Assembly: GCF_009914755.1 (NCBI RefSeq)
Contig: NC_060937.1
DNA from: the human T2T-CHM13v2.0 reference genome, Homo sapiens
Reading direction: 5' to 3' (one strand)
Length of the DNA: 64,000 nucleotides
How positions within the stretch are numbered: the stretch's first letter is position 1; each line of letters begins with the position of its first letter. Both the position numbers and the translations under genes were made by a program. The notes beneath the pieces are model-generated. The model was not told the origin of the DNA, made no database searches, and saw only the letters and a program-made list of their open reading frames with translations. Shown piece by piece: positions 16,874 through 32,972 of this stretch.

Positions 16874-19800
16874 GCACATTCATTTCACCAAGAATCCATC
16901 CTCCTCTACACTTCAGTCTCCCCTACGATATCTTTTCTCTGCCACCTTTTAAATGTGGTCAAATCTCCCATTGTTAATAACAATGAAAGCAGTAACAGCT
17001 TTAATCGATCACTGCTTTTACTTCCCCTGCCTCTGGCTCCCCCGACAAGCTCTCCAATCCCTGCCTCAGTGCCAAGCTCATCAACAGCTATGCCCACCTT
17101 CACTGCCTTCATGCCCGTCTGCCCATGACTCATGGTCCTCTGCAAGACCACCCATCCTCACCTGCCACAAGTGACCATGGTACTGCTGAAACAAGGGACA
17201 CTTTCCATCCTTTTCATACTGTTTGTCTTGGCAACAAAAGAATCAAGTTTTAATCAACTCTAATCTAACAGCCCAGGAGCTCCTGAAGACAAGAATTACT
17301 TCCCATTCACGGTTGCATTCCCAGGGCTTTGCCTACTGCTGGGCATGGGGTACTTTCTGAGTGCTCACTGTCCTCAGGGTCATGGTTCTAGTAGTGGGAA
17401 ATGCAGAGAAGAAATGTGGTGTTGTCTGAGCACAGTCTGCATCAGGGCACTGGAGCACAGAGGCCTTGCAACCCAAATGTGTGGGACGGAGGGCAGGAGA
17501 GGCTTCAGGTGCCTTCAAAGACCTGGCAGTCAGAGACAGTGCAGAGTACTGAAGAAAGCCAGGTAGGGTACTATGAAGCATGGTCAGGAGCTGAGAGGTG
17601 GGCAGAAGGACTGTCGGGAATAGTGGGAGCTGAGGAAGGAGGGAGGCTCTGTCCATACTGAGCACTCACACTATCCCAGCTGGGGCCCAACCCTGAATTC
17701 AAAGACAATGACATGCAGACTCTGCCAACCAGCAGAGCACAGACTAGGCCATGATGCAGGTGCAGACAGGAGGTGAGGGAGAGGTCAAAGGCACCTAAGG
17801 GGACCTTAAAGTGCAGGAATATTTGGCAGGTGTTCCAGGACTTCCAAGAAAGCAAAGTCTCCAAGCAAACGAGAGTCTCCTCTTGATAGTTTGTCTGAGA
17901 GTAACAGAGTGAAAAAGACGAAAACAGTCATGAAAAAGATGTTGGGTGGAGTTGTGGAGCAATCACCTGCCTTGAGCCAGAAATACCAGGGCTAACTGTG
18001 TAGCATGGAGCCTTGGCAGAATTCTTTAGGCTCAGATTTCCTTAGCCATAAAAAGGATCTGCTTGATTAGGAGTAAGCCTCATGTGCAAAGAGCCTGATT
18101 CTGAAAAGAAACACATTGAGGGGAGCTGTTACAAGAGTCGTGGAGACACTAGAGTTCTGCTTCTGCGTAGCTCAAAAGGGATGATGAACACTCCACGAAC
18201 TCATCAACTTCAAACTTAAAAAGTATCCAATGTCAATGCCTCCTTGGCATTATTTCCAACAAAGACGTGCTCAACTTGCTTAGTCACATAGGTAAGAACT
18301 CAGAAGAAATCCCAAGCAGACAGTAGACGTTTGGACTGTGGGCATTTTCCCTTTTATCCCTAGAGTTCCTCTCAAAATTAAAGAAAGAATTTCAGTCTTA
18401 TATATGCCTCGTGGAGTTGTGTCACTCTGATTAGCACCAATATGCATCACAGCCATTTTTAATGTGATAATTTAGCTGTGGGCAGTGTCTTGCACTTAAT
18501 AATGCTTAATAAGGGTTTTTGGGGAAAGGAGGGTATGCTCCACACACTACATTTTGGAAGTAGATGCCTACTAGAGCTGGTGCTCCTGCATTTCTGAAAA
18601 AGCAGGAACTGCTGCTGCTGATGCAGGGTTATGCCACAGACAGCCATCCTGGAGGTGAGCACTGGCACCTCCCCGGGGTCCTTCCACACCTGCCTTGTGT
18701 CCCAGGTGAAGCCCATGGCTCGTGGAGGAAAACCTAGTTCTATGTCCCTGGGAAAACAACATAAGGAATGAGATGAAATGTTCTACTTAATTGGCCTATG
18801 AACTCTCACAACCTGTTTTTCTGTTCTTTTCTTTTTTATAAGCGTCTGTCAAAACTGTCTCCGGCTGTCACCACCAGCAGCCGTCAGGCCTGGACATGCC
18901 TTCCAACACTCCCACTACCCTGTTTATAAACGTTCCTGCAAACTGGTCTCGGGTCACCCTAAAAGCTAAAACAGGTTGTTGTTTTATGTCAGCCTGAAGG
19001 AATTTAGAGACTTTATCTACAAATTCAAGACAGAATAAAGCCTAGGGCTAACTGTTAACCTGTCACATAAAAAGAGACATCCAGGTTTATTCTCTTCCCT
19101 AATAATTCTACCCTTCAAATATCAGTCAGTGACAGTAAGGGGAAGGATGGAGAGAGAGGGAATAAAGACACAGTGGACACAGTGAAAGGGAATCCAGGTC
19201 CTTGGGTGGAGATGTGGTTTTGAAGTTGGGTCTGTAAGCTTAGGAGGAGTATCTGTTTACTCCCTTCTTTCTCAAAGTTAGTTTACTGAACCTACAAGAA
19301 TTGGGACCTGAGTACAGATGACCTACTTGAGGTAGTGCATTTGAGGGGTTTAGGCTCCATACTAGATTTAAGATAAGTGATGATTAAAAGCAGCCAATAA
19401 CAGTAAGACAGTATTAGCTGATCTCACACTGAGCAAACATATTACCTAAGGGGCAACAATGATTCAATTGACCGGGTTTCTCATTAAAAAACCACGAGAG
19501 CAAAAAGGGGATGTGTATATCTTCAAAGCGCTGAAAGAAAAAACAGTGTCAACCTACGATTCTATATTTACTGAAAATATCCATCAGTAAGACATTAAAA
19601 TAAAGACATTCTCAGATAAAGAAAAAACAAGAGAATTCATTGCCAGCAGACATGTTCTAGAACAATTGCTAAAGGGAGTTCAGCAGACAGAAGGGAAGTG
19701 ATTCCACAAGGAAGCCTGAAACATCAGGAATGAAGGGAGCAACAGAAATGGTACATATCAAGGTCAATATCAGAGACTTTGCTTTTCCTGTTGAGTTATT

Positions 19801-20419
19801 TAACCCATATTTGACAGTTAAAAGACAAAATTATAACATTGTCTGATGGAATTTTCAATGTATATAGATGTAAGACAAGAGTAATAAGAGGCATGGGGTG
19901 GTAAAGATTCCAATATGGTGGTAAGATTTCCACACTCCACTTAAGTGGTAAAATACTGATTTTAAGTAAACTGTGAGAAGTTAAGCCTCTACATTGTAAT
20001 CCCTAGAGCAATAAGTAAAAACTGCACAAGGAGATAAATAATAATTAAAAGGACTAAAAATAATTAAATAACCTAGCAAAAGGCAGGAATGAGGAAACAG
20101 AAGAATGAAACAAGAATGAGAAAAGAAATAGAATACGAATAATAAAATGGTAGGACTAAATCTAAAATACCACTAATTACATTAAATATAAATATTCTAT
20201 ATTATGATATTAGTAAAAATAAAAAGATGAAAAGAGATATGTTCTACAAACACAAACCAAAGAAAGCTAAGTGTCAATATCAGAGTAGACTTCACAGCAA
20301 AGAAAATAGTCAGAAATAAAGAAAAACTATGTAATGATAAAAGGGTCAGTTAACCAAGAAGCCAAAACAATCCTATATGTGTAGGCACCTAAAAATAGAG
20401 CTTCAAAATACAAGAAGCA

Positions 20420-20690
20420 TGCCAGGTGGGAGGACCGCTTGAGCCCAGGAGTTACAGACCAGCCTAGGCAATACAGCAAGTCCCCTTCTCTGCAAAAAAT
20501 TAAAAAATTAGCCAGGTATGGTGGTACACGCCTATAGCCCTCGCTACTTGGGAGGCTGAGGGAGGAGGATCCCTTGAGTCCAGCAGCTCAGGCTGCAGTG
20601 AGCTATGATTGTACCACTGTACTCCAGCCTGGGCAACAGAGCAAGACCTCATCTCTTTAAAAAAATAAAATAAAATAAAATAATAATAAA
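20420..20690 (+). mobile_element. Alu (AluJ), 5'-truncated
   Basis: 'ggctgcagtgagctatgattgtaccactgtactccagcc' J diagnostics. Confidence 0.9.
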
Positions 20691-21148
20691 AGCAAAAACT
20701 GGCAAAACTAAATGGAAAAATAAACCAATCTGCAAATCTAGTTAGATTTTCCACAGTCATCTCTTGTTCATAAATAGAATTAGTAGAAAACCAGCTGGGA
20801 TGTAGATGAACTAAACAATCCATACATCAACTGTATCCAATTGACATTTATAAAATAGTATACAAAACGACAGCAAATTATAACTACTTTTAAAGTGCAA
20901 ATGTAACATTCACCAAGATAGATTATGTACTAGATCATAAAACAAACCTTAACAGAAGTAAAAGAATTAAAATCATACCAAGTATGGAATATAATGGAAT
21001 TAAACTATAAATAACAGAAAGATAACAGAACAATCTCCAAATTCGTGAAAATGAAGCAACACATTTCTAAATAATGGTTCAAAAAAGAAGTTTCAGGGGG
21101 AATTAGAAAGTATTTTGAATTGAAACAACATGAAAATACAGCATATCA

Positions 21149-21475
<327 letters not shown>

Positions 21476-22120
21476 CTAAAGCAGTGTTGAGCATTGAAAT
21501 GCTTAGACTAGAAGAGAAGAAAGTTCTCAACAAAATAATCTAAGCTGAACCCTTAAGAAACTAGAAAAAGAGAGGAAAATAAACCCAAAGCAAGAAGAAG
21601 GGAGGAAACAGAAAAACAATATGATTATAAATGTAGAAGAAAATCAACAATATTCAACATCCATTCGTGATAACAACTCTCAACAAACTAGGAACAGAAA
21701 GAAATTAGCTCAGCCTTATACAGAGTATCTACAAAAATCCTACAACTAACATCATCTAAAGGAAAAACTGAATGCTTGCCTCCTAAGGTGGCAAATAGGC
21801 AAGGACCTCACCTTCCCTGCTCCTATTTAATATCACACTAGAAATCCTAGTCAGTGCAATAACGCAAGAACAAAAAACAGAAAGGAAGAAGCAAAACAGT
21901 CATCCTTCAAAGACAACATGGAAATCCCAAGGAATTTTTAAAATAAAATAAAAAATTTAAAGCCTCCTAGAACCAATAAGTAAATTCAGAAATATCAGAG
22001 GCTACATGGTCAACACACAGAAATCAAGCATATTTCCCTATACCAATAATGGACAATGAAAAACCAAAATTATGAAAAACACCATTTGTCATAGCTTCCC
22101 CCAAAATGAAATAATTAATA

Positions 22121-22255
22121 TTACCATATTTAGTAAATAAAAGTGTAAGATACCCCATTAAATTCAAAATTCAGATAAAGAATGACTAATTTTTTAGTGT
22201 AAGCATGTCCCAAGTATTGCATGGGACATACTTATTCTAAAAAAAATTACTCATT
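22121..22255. mobile_element. MER53 palindromic MITE, right end truncated
   Basis: 'tcagataaagaatgactaattttttagtgtaagcatgtcccaagtattgcatgggacatacttattctaaaaaaaattactcatt' is the MER53 central palindrome. Confidence 0.85.
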
Positions 22256-23939
22256 TTTTTTTCTTTTTAATTGAGATTGAGTCTCACCATTTTGTCCAGG
22301 CTGGGCTCAAAGAAGATCTAAGGAGATGAAAGAAAAACAGTCATGCTTATGAACTAGAAGACACAGCATAGTAGAGTTGTCATTCTCCCAAAATTGATGT
22401 ATAAATTTTATACAATTCCAGTAGATACATTCCAGCAGACTTTTAAAAATAGATATAGACAAGCTGATTTTAAAATATATCTGGGAAAGCAAGGGAACTA
22501 AAATAGCTAAAGCAATGTTGAAAAAGAAGAATGAAGTTGGAGGAATCACGCTGCCTGATTCAAAGACTTATAAAGCTACAGTAAACACACAATCCAGTAA
22601 TGGTGAAGGGACAGACACATAGATCAATGGAACAGAAGAGAGCATTCAGAAACAGACCCACATAAATGGCCAACTGACTTTTTTAAAAGGTGCGAAAGCA
22701 ATTCAGTGGAGAAGGCAATCTTTTCAGCAAACAGAACAGTAGGCCATCCATATGCAAAATAAATGAACCTTGACCTACACTTCATACTTTACACAAAAAT
22801 TAACTCAAAAATGATGAGGATCATTCCATGGGAACCATTCCATGGTGACTATTATGGCCTACCAATTATAACTTTATATATTCTGGTTCTTGAATTATAT
22901 ACATCCTAAAAGTCAACCATCAAGAAAATGGCCGAGTAACGTGAATGAAAAGATATTTACTCTGTGTGTTCAAGTTTGTAGTTTGTTCATTCATTTGTTA
23001 AAACACTTTCTGAATGCCTATTATGGGTTAGGTAGAAGAATAAGACACAATCTGTACCCCCAAATTTTCCTACAGATGTCTTGCCATGAGGCATTGCCCA
23101 TCTGAACACTAAGAGAGCACAGAGGGGTTTCAAGACCAGAGGGATCACCAAGACCTTAGAGTCAGACAACCTAGAGAAATAACACAGCTCTGTCTTGTCC
23201 AGGTCAGAATATTAAACCCAGTAACAACAACAACAAATACAGAAATATTCATTTGGTGATATTTATTCAATAAATATGTATTGGGCCAAGCTGTGTCCTA
23301 GGTGCTATGGATACAGTTATGAGCAAGACAAAGTACATATCTTAAGGGTTTACATTCTGGGGCAGGGGCAGGTGGGGCAATCCAGAGAGAGACAAACATT
23401 GGCCCATAATTAATAAAGAAAACAAACGGGGAAGATAGAGAGGGACTGAGGCAGGAGACTGGAAGGAAACTAAGCAGTGTGGTAAGGTAAGGCACCTCTT
23501 ATCTTACCAGTGTGTGATGGTAAAGTCCTGAGGCTCAAGGCCTGGGGTGGCCAAATGGAAAAAATGCCAAATGCAAAAAAATAATGAAAAACAAAACAAA
23601 AACCAGGCACAAATAGAAGAAATGCCAGTTCAGCCAGCTTGGAGTCAGTATAGCACGGGGAACTAAGCCCATTTCCTGCAGTGTAACGGGTAAGAAAAAT
23701 TGAGCACTTGCCTTTCTGACCAGAGAGAAGAGACTCCATTTTAGCAGTGTGATGCAATGTAGAGACAAAAATGGTTGAAAGATTTTTTAAAATAACCACA
23801 GCAGTGGAGGTAAAAGCCTTAACTTTAGGGTCAGAGGAAGTCCGAGGTGCCCAGGGCACATCCCTGCTGTGATGACCCTAGGATGTGAGTAGGACTCATG
23901 GTGCTGGGTGCAGAGGACCAGAAAGGGGATCTTATTTCA

Positions 23940-24266
<327 letters not shown>

Positions 24267-24607
24267 TTCAGGGAGGGAATCTTTAGCTTTCTGCATCTGG
24301 ATGGCAGTCCCCATGGATGGCATCCCCATCAGCAGGGGCTGAATGGACGGTGGATGAGAATCACTCATGGTCATATGTATTATGCTTGGTTCTCTGTGTC
24401 TTCAAGTTTGTAGTTTGTTCATTCATTTGTTCAAACGCTTGCTGAGCACCTATTATGGCTTAGGTAGATGAATAAGATGCAATCTGTGCCCTCAAGGATG
24501 TTATTAGGCTTATGACAATGTGACACAAATTCTGTTATCACAGACATGGGGTTACAGGAGCAAGGAGAAGTGAAGAGTGCTCCGAGACACCAGCACTGTG
24601 GAAGGGT

Positions 24608-25065
24608 GCATTATTCAGGGTTATCCAGAGAAATAACCCATAGATTATATATAAATACATATATAAAGAGATTTATTATAAGGAATTGGCTCACACAGTC
24701 GTGAAGACTGAAGTCCCAAGATCTGCCATCAGGAAGCTGGAGACCCAGTTCCAGTCTGAGTCCAAAGGCCTGAAAAGCAAGAGAGCTGATGGTGTAAGTT
24801 CTAGTCCAAGTTCGACAGCGGGAGACTGCGGTTCCAGCTCCAGAAGAGTCCGGCAGAGAGGGTAAATTCTCCTTTCCCTCGCCTGGTGTTCTATTCAGGC
24901 CGGCAGCAGATTGGCCGAGGCCCACACACCCACTGGGGAGGGCCATCTGCCTTGCTCCACCCACCCATTCAAATGCTCCTGGTCCAAAAGCACCCTCATA
25001 GACAAACCTAGGATATGTGGGCACTCCGCGCCCCAGTCAAGCTGACACCTAAAATTCAGCCTCAC
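24608..25065 (-). mobile_element. MLT2 (ERVL) solo LTR
   Basis: 'ttattcagggttatccagagaaa...gagatttattataaggaattggctcac...ccagtcaagctgacacctaaaatt'. Confidence 0.85.
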
Positions 25066-27075
25066 GAGTGGGCAGGAAGAGGAGCATCTGTAAAGCAAAC
25101 TGGGAAGGAGCGGCTGGGGGAAGAGAGGGAGAATCAGGAGGAGGTGTCGTGAGGAAAGGGAGAGAGGGGAGCGCTGCAGCCAGGAAGGAGTGGCCGCTCT
25201 CGAATCCTCCGAGAAGGCGAGCGGGACAGGGACAGAGGCGGACGCTGGGTTCAGTTATGAGCTGATGGGTGACCGGGCCGTGCTGATGGGGGCAGAATGC
25301 AAATGGCAGCGGGCTGTGAAGTGGACGCACCCAAGTTCTTGCTAGAAATTTAGTGGCACAGGAAGGAAGCACAGAGAAGAGGGAGGAAGCCCCCCAGGAA
25401 GAGAGCTTTTGTCTGTTTCTTTTTCACGGGAGACGTGAGACAGTAAGTGCTGATGGGAGGACCCGATGGGGAATAAGAAAAGCTGGAGCAGAGAGAGGAG
25501 AAGGGCCCCTCAGTATGCCCAAGCCTGGGACAGGCAGGGCCACCTTTGCCTTCCTCACGATTTAGAAAGGGGAAAGAACAGAGAGAAACACAGGGGGAGC
25601 TGTGGGATTTGATAGTGGGAGCCCAAGGACATTCTTGTCTGGCCAATTGTCATTGTCCCTGTGTCCCACATGAACCAGGACAGCTCCCACACTGGCGCCA
25701 CTTCCCAGCAGTGCGATGTCAGGCAAGCAAGCAATTCAGCCTCTCTCTGCCTCTGTTTCTCCAGCTCAAATATGGAGCTAATGATACCAACCTCAGCGGG
25801 TCCTTGTGAGGATTAGTTGAAATGCTGAATTTAAGAATGTTTGCTACTGCATCTAGTAATTATTATCGTTAGCACTATTATTAGTTTAATTATCCTTCCT
25901 TGTTAAGAATCAATTATAAACCATTCTTTCAGTCTTCCTGTTTTTTTTTTCTTTTGTAGAACCAAAAAAGGCATGGAAAATCTTTCCCGGTTGTCATCGC
26001 CTCAGCCTGGAGGGTCAGCTAGTGCCTGTCCATCCCTGCAGGGCAGCTGCCTCTCACTAGGAGGAGAATGCTGGGTTTTGCACCTGGGAAGTCTCAGAAG
26101 GTGGGACATTCGTTGGCTAAGTAGAAAGCTGAGCAGATCTCAGCTCTCTCTCTGTTGAGTGCCCAAGCACACATAGAACTACACACGTGGTATCTCAGCA
26201 GTAAGGCCTGACAGCAAGGCAAGGGGGGACAGGCGGGAGGTGAGTCATGATCCTGCGTGTGCGTTGGTGCTCATTCTGACCCGCGCACCGAGATGGAAGC
26301 TGTGACACAGGAGGCTGTGTCAGCGCCATCCCAGCTCTGCAAGTACATCCAAATTCCAGGTTCCCGCCTCACCTCTCTGGTCTACCTAAGAGTTCACAGC
26401 GCAGTTGCAGTGCTCTGGGTTCCTGCCTGCTTCATGGTACCAGCCCATGCCCTTCTGTGATCCACACGCGTCCGGGACCTCATGCCCAGCCCCCAAGACA
26501 TCCAGTGCAGAGGCACAGCCAATGAATCACCCTGCTGTCATACCTGCCTTCCCATTTTCAAAGATCCTTTTCTAAAAATACTATCAATGAATGCACTGTG
26601 GCATGGAAACAGAAGACAGCCGACTTAAAAACTGAATCTCCGGGCTTGGAACTTCCCCTAAATCATATTCTGGCAAAACATCTACAAAGCCCAAACACAT
26701 TCTTGACCTTTGAAGAAAATGTCAGTGTGGAGCAAAGGCCTGTGTTCTGACCCCACCCAGCTACAAGAATTTCCTCCCTCCTGCCCGCACATCTTCAAAG
26801 AGTCCCTGAGATTCCAGGCTGGTTGCTACTTCCCCAGGGGAGCATTGCATGCATCTTTTCCATGTCCTGGAGGTCCAGAGGGGCTTTATAAAGTGGCCCC
26901 AACCCAGCAGCATCTGGGGCTGTGCTCCTGTTCTGTGCTCTAGGGGAAATGGAAGCAGGAGTCAGATTTGTCTTGGAGGATTCCTGTTCATCAGCAGGAG
27001 TTCTGAGTTACATGCCGAAAAGCAGACTACATTTTTTGCATTGCAGAGTGCTTCTGAAAAACACCATTCTAGAAA

Positions 27076-27190
27076 GGGGGATCATACATCCCAGTTTGCC
27101 TAAGACAGTTCTGGTTTACAGCTGTTATTCCTGTATACGTATTAATAGCACCTCTTTTACTCTCAAAAGCATCCCACTTTGGCAATAAAA
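27076..27190. mobile_element. MER96-like hAT MITE fragment
   Basis: 'gggatcatacatcccagtttgcctaagacagttctggttta...ctcaaaagcatcccacttt'. Confidence 0.55.
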
Positions 27191-28579
27191 TTCCACTTCC
27201 CAGTCCTAGTCTTCCCATGACTGGATGGTGGCTGTTAAAGCCTTGGCCTCTAGAAGCGCCCCGGCAACTGGCACTTAGCTTATCTCTGAATTGTCTGCCG
27301 GAGTGAAGCTTAATTAAGATCTTGTTAGTTTGGGGAGAAAGAATCAAGGACATTTGGCAGCACATCCCTCACTTTATGTCACCCCTAAGTGAGATCCCCA
27401 GCCAGCTTCAGGGGGGCATTTTCCTGTCACCAGCCTTCTTGGTTCTCAGGAGCAGAGTTATCCTGTAGCAAGAAATGTTCACATCAGAGGTTTCCGACTT
27501 GCAAAGAGAAGAGTCCGAGGAAGTGGGGAGACCTCCCTTGCTCACCCTCCCCTACTAACTGGCCAAAGCCTTCCTGGCCACCGCAGGACCTCAGAGTGCA
27601 TCTCTGGCCTTTCAAAGACAGTGTTATCTACTGTCCATAAACAGCGACCAAGAAACTCAAAAAGAAGAACCAGAACAGCCCAATGCCTGCACAGAGCAGT
27701 GCTCAATTAATACTTGTTGACTGATTGACTAATACATACATGAATGAAAGAACAACAAAATTGACAAATATCTGGCCCTCTGTGTGAGCTGAGAGGAAGC
27801 ACATCATTCTAACACAGCACCTGAGAGCATTCTCACACCCAGAGCTCAAGGAAAATCAACACGCAAGGAAAAAATTCAGGGAGGGAGGCACCAGCCACCA
27901 ACTCCCCTGGGGTGGCGGGTGAGCATGTGGAGAGGCCACAGCTGTGCACAGCTGGGTCTCTGTTGCTCAGCTTCTGGGAACCGGCAGGTGCACGTGGCTG
28001 TCCTCAAGGTTTTGCTCCACCTCCTGTGCCTCATTCCAGTTCCCTTGAGGGAGAGAACTGAGGACACTTCTGTATCCCTGAGCCTGGAGGAATTATAATA
28101 AGATGCCATCTCCGAAGAGAAGGGAGAGGGGCCAAGACCTCACTGGGGAGCAACCTTGCTCCTCTCTCCAACCTTCTATGGCTCACACTTACCAACTTTG
28201 CTCTTCTGTGGTCTCTTTTTCCCAAGATCCTGTTACAAATACAACATAGGCTTAAAAGCAAAAGGCATTAGCAGAGATCATTTGGGTCACTTCTTAATGA
28301 TACGAAGATACCATTTGGTGAGTTTTCTACACGGGGCTCTTGCTCAGTGTTGGCAGTGCACAGTGCTCTTAGGGACATTTTTGAATGTAAGCCAAAAGTG
28401 TTTTTGAATATGCTCAATTCACCAAAAGATATAATTTTATGTATTAATAACATAGCTTCAAAATATATAAAGCAAAAAAATGACAAAACTAAAATGATAA
28501 ATAGACAAACCCATGAAGATTTGGACAACCCAATTTATCCCTTTGGAAAAGAGTGGCATTATGTTTAAAATTATGGATA

Positions 28580-29495
<916 letters not shown>

Positions 29496-30485
29496 CAAAA
29501 ATGTGGGAAAGGCTGGGGCCAACGGGGTCGAGTGCCCCTGGCTGGGACTGTCCTGCCCAGAGAAGCTCTGCCTCTCTTCTCTCCCTCCACCTGCTGAGAG
29601 GCAAGGGAGCCTCCGGTCTCCCCATCTATGGGGGTCTCCCCTACCCCCAGGTGGTCTAGGTAGCAGCTGGTCCAGACCTGCCATGTCTCAGGTCCTGGGG
29701 TGAAGGCTCCCAGCCCCTGGCTCTTCCTGGTGGGCAGCTTCTTCCCAGATAGGCTTTTCCTCCCACGGAAAGATGTATGCGTGGGCTTGGGGGAACAGCC
29801 ACGTGACTTGGTCCTGGGCCCCCAGCCTGCCCAATAAAGAGGCATTCTCAACACGGTCCACATTAGCTTATCAGGATCCAAAGCAGACATTTGCCTTGAC
29901 CTCCATGTCTTGAGGACATCAAGGGGAGAGAGGGCTGTAACAGGGCAAGATTCAGACACTCAGGCTCTTCAACCCTGTGGCATTGTCTGTTCCCAAAGCC
30001 CAGTCCCAAAGGTGGAGGCAAACAGGGCAAAATATTAGAGCCAGGCCTTTGGGGTAAAATCCCCCGACCATGCTCCTTCCATTCCTCAGCCAGAACTATT
30101 TGGTCCCTAAAAGTGAGCTGGAGCTGAGGCATTTCCCGTCCACCCGGGGGTCCCAGCCATGTTCCTAGGCTTCCAGGAAACACTTTTTCTCCAGATAGAT
30201 TGCTGACACCTGTACATAAAATAGACTCCCATAAACAGGCATTTTCCAAAAGCTTTTAAACCGCAGAGCGTTTACTTAAAGCCTGAGAAAATAAGCCTTA
30301 GGCTCATTTTCCTCCAACAAGGAGCTCAGCTGCTGCATTCTCCAACAGTGACTGCCAAAATTGGGCAGGAGAGCCCCAGGGCGCAGGCCCGTGCTCCCTG
30401 ACGCTCCGCAGGCCCGACCACAGGCTCCCCAGAGCTCCCTGGCCCGAGTCAGGTCTGCCCCAGAGACTAACAAAAAGCAGGCTTC

Positions 30486-30660
30486 GGCCAGGCGCGGTGG
30501 CTGATGCCTGTAACCCTAGCACTTTGGGAGCTACTCAGGAGGCTGCGGCAGAAAAATTGCTTGAACCCGGGAGGCGGAGCTTGCGGTGAGCCAAGATCGC
30601 ACCACCGCACTCCAGCCTGGGCGACAGAGCGAGACGCCGTCTCCAAAAAAAAAAAAAAAA
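30486..30660 (+). mobile_element. Alu with large internal deletion, CpG-rich
   Basis: 'cactttgggag|ctactcaggagg' joins the left-arm start to the right arm; short TSD aaaaagca. Confidence 0.9.
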
Positions 30661-31249
30661 GCATCTCCTTACTCTGCTCTCCTCACTAGAGGGAAAAGAA
30701 AGCCACAGGGCAGAAGACAGGAAGGAGACAGCGCCCAGCACTTCTCAGGTCGGGAAAATGGCTTTTAACAGTGAAATCAAGCTCTGCTTTCTCTTGTGGA
30801 AGTAAATGGAGCTAACTCCACCTTCAACTTCCGTGTAGGAGAGGTGGCCAGGCCTGTGTCCAGCGGGGTGCAGCTAGCTGGGCCCAACAGCGGGGAGGCG
30901 GGTCCCTCTCCCCAGTCACAACTAGGGCCTCCCTCCTCCCTGATAACATCCTCCCTGCGCCCCATTTCGTCCCTCCTGCCTTTCCATTCCAGCTACTGCA
31001 AAGGGCGAGGACTGTGGGTCTCACCTCCTTTCCTTCCCGCCTCCTCCAGCCCTGCAGCCTCCTTCTGTCTGCATGGTCCTTGGAAGCTTCTGCCTCCAGG
31101 GCACCTTTTGGGGTTGGATGCTCCCACCCACACTCCGCACCTGGACAGTCTCCCACTGTCCTTTCCAGGAGGTCCTGGACCCTACACTGGTCCTTCTCTG
31201 TTCCCTTTGTGACTTTTTGCTTCCACTCTTGCCCCGCTCCAGTCAGTTC

Positions 31250-31845
31250 TCCATACAGCATCCTGGGTGACCTTTGAAAATAAAACAGACCTGACCTGGC
31301 CAGTCTCCTCCGCAGAACACCCCAGGGCTCTCCATGGCTTTCAGGATGACAGCCAAAGTCCTCGCCAGGATCCCCAAGGCCTGAGCCATCTGCCCTGCAG
31401 TCTCCCTGCTCTCAATCCTGCTCTTGACCTCCCATCGGCCCCTCCAGGCAGGCTGCCCCCTGGCTCTTCCTGAAATGCATCAGCCCAGGCCCAACTCGGG
31501 GCTTCCCCTCAGAGGTCCTTCTGCCCCATATCTCGGCCTAGCTCCCCAGCCCTCACTTGATTTCCATCTCTGCTCCAATGCTTCCTCTTTAGAGAGATGC
31601 TCACCACATCAGCCTCTTCACCCATCACTGTCTCTCCACCTACCTGCACAGGGCATCCACGTGCATGATGCAATGTATCACATATGACAGAGTACATATT
31701 TGTCTGCTGCGGGCTCCTTCCCTAGAATGGAAATCCTAAGAGGGCAGGGGCCTTGTTGGTTTCATTCATTTCTGCATTCCCAGAACGTAGAATACCAGCA
31801 CATAGCAGACACCCAATAAAATAGGCATCGGATGAATGAATCAAT
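31250..31845 (+). mobile_element. L2 3' region
   Basis: Ends 'gagggcaggggccttgttggtttc...gcatagcagacacccaataaa...ggatgaatgaat'. Confidence 0.75.
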
Positions 31846-31993
31846 GATAAAAAAATTATATAAATAGTTTAAACATTTTATTTTAACTTAAAACACACAT
31901 ATGGAAATTCACTTGCCAGTATTTTGAGTGGGGCCAAAGCCTTTCTTTGAGTGTGGTGCCTCCACTAGGGAGCTTGCCCCCTTTTTTGCATAA

Positions 31994-32972
<979 letters not shown>

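Noticed and set aside
18178-18432. Box C-like ATGATGA suggesting a C/D snoRNA
   Set aside because: No nearby box D with a terminal stem at snoRNA distance and no evident guide
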